From Candidatus Thorarchaeota archaeon (GTDB lineage: Archaea > Asgardarchaeota > Thorarchaeia > Thorarchaeales > Thorarchaeaceae): DNA of 64,000 bases. Numbering within the stretch: position 1 is the first letter of the stretch; each line of letters opens with the position of its first letter. The notes beneath the pieces are model-generated. The model was not told where the DNA came from and did not search any database. It saw nothing but the letters and a program-made list of their open reading frames with translations. The translations under genes were made by a program, and so were the position numbers. The stretch is from the NCBI GenBank assembly GCA_048884785.1, contig JBHLQM010000003.1, positions 66,887 to 130,886 of the forward strand. The letters are read 5' to 3'. Positions 19,036 to 27,712 of the stretch are shown here, piece after piece.

Positions 19036-20115
19036 ATGATGAAACCAATAGATGATGATGATGCTACTAATAGGGATGACTCCGATGTAGCAGATGACTC
19101 ACTTGATGCAGAAACACCGACTATGAGACGACGTTCATCACACAGGCGAAGGTCAAAGGGAAAGGAATATGCTTCAACAATCAGTTTTGTAGCTTGGATA
19201 GCTTTCACAATAATTTGGCTGTTCTTCTTTGCAAGTACGTATTCTATCTTTGAGAATATAGCTATTGTATTCATTGCTTTATTGATCATTGGTGCGTTGA
19301 ATGCGGTTCTTTGGATACCCTCGGTTGAAGGAAAACGTCCCAAGGCGAGTGCTGTCAGTGGAGTCGCATGGATCATATTTCTGATCGTATGGATTATTTT
19401 CTTTGCAGCAAGCTTTGGATTCTATGAGAACATAGGGATCGCTGTTGCTTCGTTACTGTTCATTGGATTCCTGAATATGATGCTCTGGATGCCAACAGAA
19501 GGAGATTCTGGAGGAGGAAGAATTAGCGGAGGCGCAGCGGTATTATGGATGATATTTGCTGTGCTCTGGCTTCCATTTGCTAACGACTTTTCTGAAACTA
19601 TTTACAGTATAACCTTCTATCAGTCTGCTTCAATCTTCCTCGCATCACTCCTATTGATGTTAATTGTGGCAGTCGCACCATGGTGGGGTGAGATGTCAAT
19701 TACAATTGATAGAGAAATAGCGGCTGGAAGGAAACCAAAGGCAACTGTCGGAATGCTATATCTTTGGATTCTTACGCTAGTTGTTTGGATGTGGTTCTTT
19801 GCGGATCTGTATACAGGATACCAGAATGTTTCAGCAGTTCTCATTTCATTCGCCATATTTTGCGGTATTGTAGGCGGAATGTGGTATTCGTGGGCACGAA
19901 AACGAGACGAAGGGCCTGAGAGCTGGTTCTCTATAGGTCTTGCGTTCGCTTGGGTAATAACAATTGCACTATGGTTCTGGTTCTTTGCAGACTATTTCGA
20001 TGTCTATCAAAACGTTGCAGTATTCTTAGTATCACTATTAGGAGTCGCAGGTATAGGCGGCGCCGCGCAATGGCAAAAGTGGCGAGACTTCGAATCTATG
20101 GATTGGAAGGACTGA
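19036..20115 (+). CDS. Polytopic membrane protein with five tandem 2-TM repeats
   Basis: Five copies of W-x6-W-x-FFA...[FY][QE]N hairpin unit. Confidence 0.8.
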   Translation: MMKPIDDDDATNRDDSDVADDSLDAETPTMRRRSSHRRRSKGKEYASTISFVAWIAFTIIWLFFFASTYSIFENIAIVFIALLIIGALNAVLWIPSVEGKRPKASAVSGVAWIIFLIVWIIFFAASFGFYENIGIAVASLLFIGFLNMMLWMPTEGDSGGGRISGGAAVLWMIFAVLWLPFANDFSETIYSITFYQSASIFLASLLLMLIVAVAPWWGEMSITIDREIAAGRKPKATVGMLYLWILTLVVWMWFFADLYTGYQNVSAVLISFAIFCGIVGGMWYSWARKRDEGPESWFSIGLAFAWVITIALWFWFFADYFDVYQNVAVFLVSLLGVAGIGGAAQWQKWRDFESMDWKD

Positions 20116-20123
20116 AGACCACA

Positions 20124-20159
20124 AAAGGTAGGAGGTTTCCTACCTTTCTCTCCTTTTTT
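20124..20159 (+). terminator. Hairpin plus U-tract terminator
   Basis: AAAGGTAGGA-GGTT-TCCTACCTTT perfect 10-bp stem followed by CTCTCCTTTTTT. Confidence 0.55.
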
Positions 20160-20239
20160 ACCTAACACATGAAGACGTGTACATCTCGAAAGCCATATAA
20201 GCAGACCCACAGGTCGAAGCCAAGCCAGGTGGCTATAGT

Positions 20240-20704
20240 ATGAGCTTCGATATTAGAGCAGAGCCCTTTGTAAAATCCCCAGATGGTGCAAAGCCACGTA
20301 AGGGGCGCGGATTCACAAAAGAAGAACTCAAGGCAGTTGAAATCACAGTGAGTGATGCGCGAAATATGGGCCTTATTGTTGATACAAGACGGAGAACAGT
20401 CCATGAAGAGAATGTTGAGATTCTCAAGAGATATCTTAAGGAAATGGAGGAGTTAGTCGAGGCTATTCTCGCAGAGGAAAAGGCGGCACCCAAGGCACCC
20501 AAGGCACCTGAGGCATCTGATGCCATAGCTACCCTATCTAGTTTGAAGGCAGTGACAAAATCGGAAGCAGAAACTCTTGTTGCAGCAGGGATTAAGACCT
20601 TTGAAGACCTTGCATATTGTGAGATTCAAAAGGTAGCAAACAAGACCGGTATCTCAGACGATAGGCTTACCGAAATGGTCACGGCAGCTCTGAAAAAGGT
20701 TTAA
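20240..20704 (+). CDS. rpl13e: Ribosomal protein eL13 with C-terminal HhH extension
   Basis: RKGRGFTKEELKA, VDTRRRT..EENV; KAP repeat linker; HhH-like tail. Confidence 0.9.
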   Translation: MSFDIRAEPFVKSPDGAKPRKGRGFTKEELKAVEITVSDARNMGLIVDTRRRTVHEENVEILKRYLKEMEELVEAILAEEKAAPKAPKAPEASDAIATLSSLKAVTKSEAETLVAAGIKTFEDLAYCEIQKVANKTGISDDRLTEMVTAALKKV

Positions 20705-20738
20705 TCGTGCCAATTGGTCCTAACCTGGGGCTGATATA

Positions 20739-21839
20739 TTGGACTATGAGAAAATTCTTGAGATGCTTAGGAATCCTCCTAGTTTAGAGCCAATTGTTAT
20801 TCTACCGGATTTCTTCGTCGACCATTTTCTCATAACTGGCAAACTTGACGATTTCATTGAGAATCTCCGACATCTTGCCAATCAAGGTGGAGGGAATCTG
20901 CTAGGAACACATCAATTCATACGCCGAGGAGGAAACTCAGCAAATACCGCATCGGCATTGTATTCACTGGGATTAACTCCCAAGCTTATTGTAACAACAG
21001 ATGAGTATGGGAAACGACTGCTTGAGTCCCTGACTAGTGATAGACTTGATTTGAAGAATGTTCACACTGACGGATCTCTCTCCTCAACTGTATCCATTGA
21101 GGTTGAGCATGAAGGTCGTAGAGTGAACCTCATGGTCAGTGATAGTGGTTCAGCGGCATCATTTGGTTTCAATAATCTCAATGAGTCTGATCTGAACGAG
21201 ATTTCATCCGCAGGATTGGTAGCGCTTTTTAATCTTAATCACAATACACATGCAGTCGAATTGACCAAAGACCTGTTTTCCTATGTCAGGAATTCTGGGG
21301 AAGCAATCACCTACTTGGACGCAGGGGATCCCTCGGGGCGTCCCGCGATACTACGTCCGCTCGTTCACAATGTCTTTTCAGAAGGGCTTGTTGATATATT
21401 AGGAATGAATGAGAACGAGGCAGCTTGGTTTGCTTGGGCTGTGAGCGGCGGAGATGACAAGTGGAAAGCATCAGTTAGCGAGCCTGATAAATGGATGTCA
21501 GCGGCGCGGTATGTTTCGCTAGAAACAGGTGTTCAAATCAACCTGCATACACCATTCTTTAGCGCTGTAGTTAATGATGACTCAATAATAGCTACTCCGT
21601 CTTTTTCTGTTGAACCCAGAATTATGTGCGGGGCAGGTGATGCATGGAATGCTGGTAACATCTATGGGCTGGTGTCAAAGCTAGAGTCTAAAGATCGTCT
21701 CATATTGGCAAATGCCTTGGCGGCTCTCTATGTCTCAATGGGAACGGCTGAGCATCCTACACGAACTGAGATTATATCATTTCTTGAAAATAAGCCCATT
21801 TTGAGTAGACAGGGCAAAAAGTTACTTAAGCTTACGTAA
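20739..21839 (+). CDS. PfkB/ribokinase family kinase
   Basis: GGNSANTA, NENE, CGAGDAWNAG. Confidence 0.88.
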   Translation: MDYEKILEMLRNPPSLEPIVILPDFFVDHFLITGKLDDFIENLRHLANQGGGNLLGTHQFIRRGGNSANTASALYSLGLTPKLIVTTDEYGKRLLESLTSDRLDLKNVHTDGSLSSTVSIEVEHEGRRVNLMVSDSGSAASFGFNNLNESDLNEISSAGLVALFNLNHNTHAVELTKDLFSYVRNSGEAITYLDAGDPSGRPAILRPLVHNVFSEGLVDILGMNENEAAWFAWAVSGGDDKWKASVSEPDKWMSAARYVSLETGVQINLHTPFFSAVVNDDSIIATPSFSVEPRIMCGAGDAWNAGNIYGLVSKLESKDRLILANALAALYVSMGTAEHPTRTEIISFLENKPILSRQGKKLLKLT

Positions 21840-21886
21840 CTACTCAAACAAAGGTATCCGATGCTCTGGAGATGTGTTTACACGGA

Positions 21887-22813
21887 ATGGAATTAGAGCG
21901 TGTGCTAACAAAGCTCAGATATGATGAATCTGTTAGCGGCTATGCTCTCTTCACAAATGATGGTAGTCCGTTCCTTTCGTTCTCTCTCCCCGATGAGATT
22001 TTTCCTTTGATTCAGGGTACAATGAGAATACATTCAGATTCTCTCAAGATGATGAATGTTATGACAGGCGAGGGAATAGTTGTTCTAGCAAGAGTTGATT
22101 CCAATTGGGTGCTAGGAGTCCTATTTCTGGTCACTGAATCACTAGGAAGCGCACTCCAAAAGACGAGAAATGTGGTTGATTTGATGGAGTCCGTAGCACT
22201 CCCACCACCTCCTTCTCGCCCAGCGGAAGAAATACCATCCAAACCTGCTCCCGAACCTGTACAAACTGATACAAAACCTGCTTTGGTTGATACCCTGCTT
22301 GTTGATGAAACTGTCCCTATACCAATAGACGAAATTCTGGTAAGGCATGGCTGCACAGTGTTCAAAGGTCCATTGTATGCAGATGCCATGAAACTAGAGT
22401 CTCCGCTCAATAAAAAATTGAGAAAGAAGTGTGGAAATCTTGGCGTAGATCTTTGCCTCATGATTGACGACAAACGAACCGTCTTTAAAATGGCAGAGAA
22501 GTTGGGACGCGGCGTTGAGCAAGCAATTGAAGTCGTGACATGGTGTGTATCGAATCACATCATGCGGGTTGAATGCCCTGAAGAGCAGGCATTGGGAACC
22601 AAGGAGATCATCGAGCTCCCTCTATTTGAGGGGGATTTGAAGAAAGCACGGAAGGAGCACCGAGCCATTTTAGAACTCTGTGATGGAAACAGAACTCTCC
22701 AAGAAATAGCAGAAATACTCGGAATTCAATACTTCCAAGCATTGCAGAGCGTTGTGCCCTATCGTGGCAAATCTGTGCAATTCATTCGGAAGTCAAAAGA
22801 AATTCACGAGTGA
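21887..22813 (+). CDS. Roadblock/LC7-like domain + Pro-rich linker + two winged-helix domains (copy 1)
   Basis: LERVLTKLRYDESVSGYALFTNDG...GIVVLARV..WVLGVL...SLG Roadblock pattern; PPPPSRP linker; IDDKRTV and LCDGNRTLQEIA WH motifs. Confidence 0.75.
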   Translation: MELERVLTKLRYDESVSGYALFTNDGSPFLSFSLPDEIFPLIQGTMRIHSDSLKMMNVMTGEGIVVLARVDSNWVLGVLFLVTESLGSALQKTRNVVDLMESVALPPPPSRPAEEIPSKPAPEPVQTDTKPALVDTLLVDETVPIPIDEILVRHGCTVFKGPLYADAMKLESPLNKKLRKKCGNLGVDLCLMIDDKRTVFKMAEKLGRGVEQAIEVVTWCVSNHIMRVECPEEQALGTKEIIELPLFEGDLKKARKEHRAILELCDGNRTLQEIAEILGIQYFQALQSVVPYRGKSVQFIRKSKEIHE

Positions 22814-22828
22814 CGGAGGTAACGCATA

Positions 22829-23335
22829 ATGGGAATCAAAGGAATGATAGCATGGAATTTTATGACAGAAAAAATCTCAAAGACTCTCTATCAAGCGACA
22901 TATCGCGAATTGCAGAATCTCTTGATGGCAACTAGTACAAGCGTTGATGAAATCAACAGGAAGATGAAAGACATAGGCTTTCGAGTTGGTGAAACCCTAC
23001 TCATGGACTATGCTGATAGAATCCGAGAACACGCAGTCACATTCTCTGAATTCGCCAGCACACTTCAGTTGGCTTACAAAGTGAATTCAGGACAGTTATT
23101 CACCAACATTTGGATTAGTCCAGACAAGAAGACCATAAAATTCACTGACGACAACTGTCCGATCTGTGCAGGTGTTGTCATTACTGATATGCCAGCTCTA
23201 CAGTATTGCAATATTGTCAGTGGTGTGTTCGATGCAGTAATGAAGTTGAGAGGGTTCAGTGCCGAATCATATCAAGAGGCTTGCAGAGCCATTGGAGATG
23301 ATACATGTACCTGGACATTGAATCTTCGTGAATAG
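22829..23335 (+). CDS. Bet3/TRAPPC3-like V4R-fold protein
   Basis: TYRELQ...INRKMKDIGFRVGETL Bet3-like helix; V4R Cys set CPIC, C, EACRAIGDDTC; SD GGAGGT. Confidence 0.85.
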   Translation: MGIKGMIAWNFMTEKISKTLYQATYRELQNLLMATSTSVDEINRKMKDIGFRVGETLLMDYADRIREHAVTFSEFASTLQLAYKVNSGQLFTNIWISPDKKTIKFTDDNCPICAGVVITDMPALQYCNIVSGVFDAVMKLRGFSAESYQEACRAIGDDTCTWTLNLRE

Positions 23336-23404
23336 AAGTGACGGTTGTAGGCCATAGGCATAAAAGGTGTCAGGCAAAATATCCAAGATAGAGGAGGACA
23401 TGAA

Positions 23405-23923
23405 TTGGGACAGGCTCTCGGTATATTAGCTGGTCTGCTCACTGGTTTTATCATTGTGTTCTTGATCTTGACCTTTGGTCAGTTCATTCCTGCTGATGTA
23501 GTTAGCGTAAGCATTGTTAATGATTTTCTCTCTCGAACTGACTTGGAACTGAAACTGACGGTTGTCGCAACTGTACTATACCCTTCAAGTGTGACGACTA
23601 TCAATTTAGGTACATATGTTGGTTATGGAGCCCAAGGGAGTACTGTTCTCATGTTTCTTGCTTGGGGGACAGCTGGATTAATTGCAGGGCTTGTTTCCCG
23701 TGATTTTGTTCAGGGCATTTTTGCAGCCATTCTTGCTGTAGTCCTTGGTGCCTTTCTCACATGGCTTTTAGTCTTCTTTATCAGAAGTACAGACCCTCTT
23801 GCTTTGTTCAGTGGCGAGTCTATGCTGATTCTTGAAGTGGTTCTTGGAGGTGCCATCTATCCAGCAATCGCTGCTTTTGTAGGGGGTCTACTCGGAGGCG
23901 GCATCAGTAGAGAGCGACGGTGA
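23405..23923 (+). CDS. Gly-rich 4-5 TM membrane protein
   Basis: LAWGTAGLIAGLVSR and AAFVGGLLGG; SD GAGGAGG. Confidence 0.8.
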   Translation: MGQALGILAGLLTGFIIVFLILTFGQFIPADVVSVSIVNDFLSRTDLELKLTVVATVLYPSSVTTINLGTYVGYGAQGSTVLMFLAWGTAGLIAGLVSRDFVQGIFAAILAVVLGAFLTWLLVFFIRSTDPLALFSGESMLILEVVLGGAIYPAIAAFVGGLLGGGISRERR

Positions 23924-24478
23924 CTCGATTAAGATTCTTCCACAAACTGCACAAAGCATCGGCTTGGATTTGAATACAGTCCCACATTCGCAGACGGTTT
24001 CAATTCCATCTGGAGGAGCAATATCAGCGCTTTTCCGAATTTGCTTGAATGCAAGAACAAGTGGGAGAGCTGCTATCAGAGAAATAAGGGAGCTGACTGT
24101 GCCTGATACGAACATTAGCAGAAGGACGTAATTTCTATCGGCCATAGCCCAAAACGAGGGATCCTGTAGCAACATACCCGAAAGAGAAAGAATTCCCAAA
24201 ATCACGCCTACATAAACTAGTGAGCGAACCTGATTCCACTCTGAACGAGCAAAAGGTGCTGTAATGATGCCAACACAAAACCAAAGCAAAACTATACGAA
24301 TTGACTGGACACCAGCAAGAAGAATTCCAGGTGTTTCCACAAGGGTTTCTGCCCCCACAAAAAGAAAGGCGATGGAATCGAATGGGATTGGAAATCCGCC
24401 GAGCGTCTCTGGAATGATTAGATTCGATAGTCCTGCGCCAGCTATTGCTCCTATAATGCCTGCAATCAGATTTCTCAG
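23888..24478 (-). CDS. Membrane protein with C-terminal Zn ribbon, probable CTG start
   Basis: Frame is open 40 codons upstream of the tracked GTG, to CTG 24478 behind GAGGTG; adds TM helix RNLIAGIIGAIAGAGL; C-terminal CECG...CAVCG. Confidence 0.75.
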   Translation of the reverse strand: MRNLIAGIIGAIAGAGLSNLIIPETLGGFPIPFDSIAFLFVGAETLVETPGILLAGVQSIRIVLLWFCVGIITAPFARSEWNQVRSLVYVGVILGILSLSGMLLQDPSFWAMADRNYVLLLMFVSGTVSSLISLIAALPLVLAFKQIRKSADIAPPDGIETVCECGTVFKSKPMLCAVCGRILIESPSLSTDAASE

Positions 24479-24675
24479 TTCACATACACCTCTTCAAATC
24501 CAGATTGGTCTGTACTACAAGAGCTCTTAATGGTATCTGACCAATGTATATGCGTAGCGGCGTATTGAATCGCATTGAGAGAGAACCACACAACCGCAAT
24601 GCTTTTCAAAGGTTCTCGAAAAATAACCTATGCGCGCAAGTCCGCTAGTCGTTAGAGACCGTGAGGCAGGATAGT

Positions 24676-25647
24676 ATGTCAGCAGATTTAGAGCGAGCAT
24701 TGTCAAAACTCAGATTTGACGAACAAGTACTAGGTTACTCTCTTATGACAAAACAGGGACGGCCATTTGTAAGTTTCGCATTTCCTGATGAATTGTTTCC
24801 TCGTGTGAAGGATTCAATTAGTCTTTACAAGACCGATCTACGACTCATGACAATTGACACCGAACAAGGATTGGTTGTTTTATCCCCTGTTGATGATAAC
24901 TGGATTCTGACGGTTCTCTATGTCCCTGAGCTTCAACTGGGTCTTGCTATTGCTAAGACCAAGAATGTTCTCAGGCTTCTAGAAGGTGTTGAGCTGCCGC
25001 CTCCGCCTGATGAGTTTGAAGAATCAGCGGAAACCAATTTACAAGTTCTGGAGAGCATTGCCATAAAAGCTGCATCGACAGCCGCAGAGGAAGCAACCAT
25101 GGCACCTCTAAAGCCTGCCGAAGTAGTACCTCCAGAGCCAAAGCACGTAGAAAAATCTCCTGATGATTTCATAATTACCTCAAGCACGGTTCCTATGAGA
25201 GGCTCTACATATTCCAATTCCCTATCCTTGGATTCTGACCTATATAATCAAATGAAGGCAAAATACAGGAACTTCGGATTTGATGTTCTAATGCTTGTGG
25301 ATGGAAATATGGGCATTGTGGATATTGCAGATAGTATGTTCCAGCCAACTGAAAGAGTGATTGAGTGTCTCAAGTGGGCGGCATCAAAAGGTATTGTCGA
25401 TGTTCCATCTGCAGCGGTGCCCTCTGGAGAAGCACCGAAAACGAGGACTGGTCGTTTTGTGAAATGCCCTAAGTTTGAAGGAGATGTATCTCGAGTGGAT
25501 GGCGATGATGCAAAAATCTTGAAGCTTTGTAATGGCTCAAGATCCACTGAAGACATTGCCAAAACTGCTGGAGTCCAACAATCTCAAGTGATCAGTGTGC
25601 TTGCCAAGTATCGCAAGGACATTAAGATGATTGGCAAAACTATCTAA
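24676..25647 (+). CDS. Roadblock/LC7-like domain + Pro-rich linker + two winged-helix domains (copy 2)
   Basis: Paralog of 21887-22813: LERALSKLRFDEQVLGY, PDE.FP, VVLSPVDDNWIL, LPPPP, P.FEGD, LCNGSRS. Confidence 0.8.
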   Translation: MSADLERALSKLRFDEQVLGYSLMTKQGRPFVSFAFPDELFPRVKDSISLYKTDLRLMTIDTEQGLVVLSPVDDNWILTVLYVPELQLGLAIAKTKNVLRLLEGVELPPPPDEFEESAETNLQVLESIAIKAASTAAEEATMAPLKPAEVVPPEPKHVEKSPDDFIITSSTVPMRGSTYSNSLSLDSDLYNQMKAKYRNFGFDVLMLVDGNMGIVDIADSMFQPTERVIECLKWAASKGIVDVPSAAVPSGEAPKTRTGRFVKCPKFEGDVSRVDGDDAKILKLCNGSRSTEDIAKTAGVQQSQVISVLAKYRKDIKMIGKTI

Positions 25648-25668
25648 TACACTGGAGGTCTTTTCCTC

Positions 25669-26142
25669 ATGCCTAAAGTTGAGAATCCATTGCTGCTTAC
25701 CATATATACTCACATGGTTGAGAAAATCCTGGGGGAAACGAATAACATTGAAGAGGCGAATGAACATCTTCGAGGCGTAGGGCGTGAAATCGGGTCGCAT
25801 CTCTATCTTAATACTGAGATAGCGGATAAAACCAAGGATACAATCAATACACGTGAGGATGTAGCAAAGCTCGTGGATGTTGTATACAAAGTACTCTATG
25901 AAAAGAAACCTCAAGATGTCGATATGGACTCTGCAAGAGGTTCAATCCGCGTGAGCGACAGGAACTGCGTGTGGTGCCAAGAAGTGTCTCTTGAAGGGAT
26001 GAGAGGATTTGGCTACTGTGAGATATTCAGTGGCATCATGGAGGCGATTCTGGAATTCAAAGGGGTTCAAGCAAAAGTATTCCAAGAAATGAGTCGAGCC
26101 ACTGGATCTGATTTGTGTGTGTGGAACATCCGGCTAGCGTAA
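25669..26142 (+). CDS. Bet3/TRAPP-family V4R-fold protein
   Basis: HLRGVGREIG helix; CVWC, YCEIFSG, QE.SRATGSDLC. Confidence 0.82.
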   Translation: MPKVENPLLLTIYTHMVEKILGETNNIEEANEHLRGVGREIGSHLYLNTEIADKTKDTINTREDVAKLVDVVYKVLYEKKPQDVDMDSARGSIRVSDRNCVWCQEVSLEGMRGFGYCEIFSGIMEAILEFKGVQAKVFQEMSRATGSDLCVWNIRLA

Positions 26143-26216
26143 TGCACTCCTATATATCTGCATAAAGCACATATTCAGCACTGTAGAACTGAGTTCCGCT
26201 AGTCAGGTGAACATGA

Positions 26217-26765
26217 ATGTCCAAGCAAGAAGATGTTATTCCATGGTGGCACGGGAAGCTGAAAGAAAGAGATTTGATGCGTGCATTCTTTTCTAAGACT
26301 TGGAACAAAATAGGAAGTCGAATCGCTGTTATGTTCCCGGACCGAGTTCGAGACCTGTACTACAGTGCGGGACGTTTAGCTGGCCTTGAAGCACAGCGTG
26401 AATATTTCAAGATTGGCAAGCAAAAACCGCCGGGGGATTTCAAGGGGATTATTGAGTTCATAAAAATGTCATTGGAAACCCTCATTGTCCCCTTTGGTGA
26501 CATCAAGATTGCCAAACTATACAAACTCTGGCTAGATGAAGAAGCAATCATCGAAATCAAAGATAATCCATATGCAGAAGGAATCGAGAGTCCGGAGCCT
26601 TCATGTTATTTTCTGAAAGGATTCGTAGAATCTGTACTTGAGTATCTCACTGATTACAACAGAATTGAATATGAGACTCTCAATGTGACCGAAGATAGCT
26701 GTATTTCGACAGGGAAGGACCTTTGCTCATTCCATATCAAACTTAGCTATCCGCCAAAAGGTTAA
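26217..26765 (+). CDS. V4R domain protein
   Basis: YYSAGRLAG; NPYA, PSCYFLKGF, TEDSCISTGKDLCSF. Confidence 0.85.
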   Translation: MSKQEDVIPWWHGKLKERDLMRAFFSKTWNKIGSRIAVMFPDRVRDLYYSAGRLAGLEAQREYFKIGKQKPPGDFKGIIEFIKMSLETLIVPFGDIKIAKLYKLWLDEEAIIEIKDNPYAEGIESPEPSCYFLKGFVESVLEYLTDYNRIEYETLNVTEDSCISTGKDLCSFHIKLSYPPKG

Positions 26766-26844
26766 TGCATATAGTACAGATTTACTACAAACATAGCGCC
26801 TATAAATAAACGAAAACTAACACATCGGTAGGTGCAAGGAAAAA

Positions 26845-27591
26845 ATGGCAAAGAAGAAACTATTGCTCGTGCTAGTTCTTTCTCTAGTCACATCAGGCAT
26901 CGTCAGTTTCTTCATCTTTAACACTTTTTCTACAAATGCTGATATGGCAGTTAGAGATTTATCACTTTCAATGGGTGAGAATCAAGTCACTCTTGATCTT
27001 CAAATACTCTCTGCGCCATTTAGTTCTGGAACATCAGTATTGTTTCCCGGAATTCTAACAGAGGTCTTCTCTCCATCTACGATTTTCACACTTGCAATTG
27101 GAACTGTTGTTATTGATCGTCGTGGCGAGGAGCGTGCACCAAAGCTTAGAGATACTATTCTTAGTGAGATTCAGCAGAATCCTGGTATTCATCTCCGTGA
27201 GCTTCAGAGACTTGTTGGGTGTGCGATGGGTGCCTTGCAGTACCACTTGAGGTACTTGGAGTCTGACGGTGAAGTGACATCAACGAAAGTGGGTAATTCA
27301 AAACATTTCTTTCCCTCTGATTACTCCTCAAGCGATGATGTTCTCAAGGTAAGTGCAATGTCTAGGAATCCTACCATTCGAACAATCCTTTCGGAGGTAA
27401 TGTCGAAGGGCCGTGTGACTCAGGCTGAATTAAGCCGTACAATGTCACTGGACAAGAGCCTAATCTCGTATTATACTAGCAGTCTGCTAAAAGCCGATGT
27501 GCTAAACACAGTACGAGTATTTGGACGTGAACGTCCACTTGTAATGTCGGAGTGGGCGCATTCAATTATACAGAATATGGCTCTGGTATAG
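26845..27591 (+). CDS. Membrane-anchored double winged-helix transcriptional regulator
   Basis: N-terminal hydrophobic segment; NPGIHLRELQR..GALQYHL and TQAELSR HTHs. Confidence 0.8.
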   Translation: MAKKKLLLVLVLSLVTSGIVSFFIFNTFSTNADMAVRDLSLSMGENQVTLDLQILSAPFSSGTSVLFPGILTEVFSPSTIFTLAIGTVVIDRRGEERAPKLRDTILSEIQQNPGIHLRELQRLVGCAMGALQYHLRYLESDGEVTSTKVGNSKHFFPSDYSSSDDVLKVSAMSRNPTIRTILSEVMSKGRVTQAELSRTMSLDKSLISYYTSSLLKADVLNTVRVFGRERPLVMSEWAHSIIQNMALV

Positions 27592-27712
27592 ACAGATAGG
27601 CATACCCTCATGTTTATCTTAGCCTCGGCTGATACGACCCTATCTGAGGCGATTTGAAGGCAGAGTGTCTTTACCAGAGCAGCTATTATCTTTGAATTGG
27701 GAGTGAAATAAA

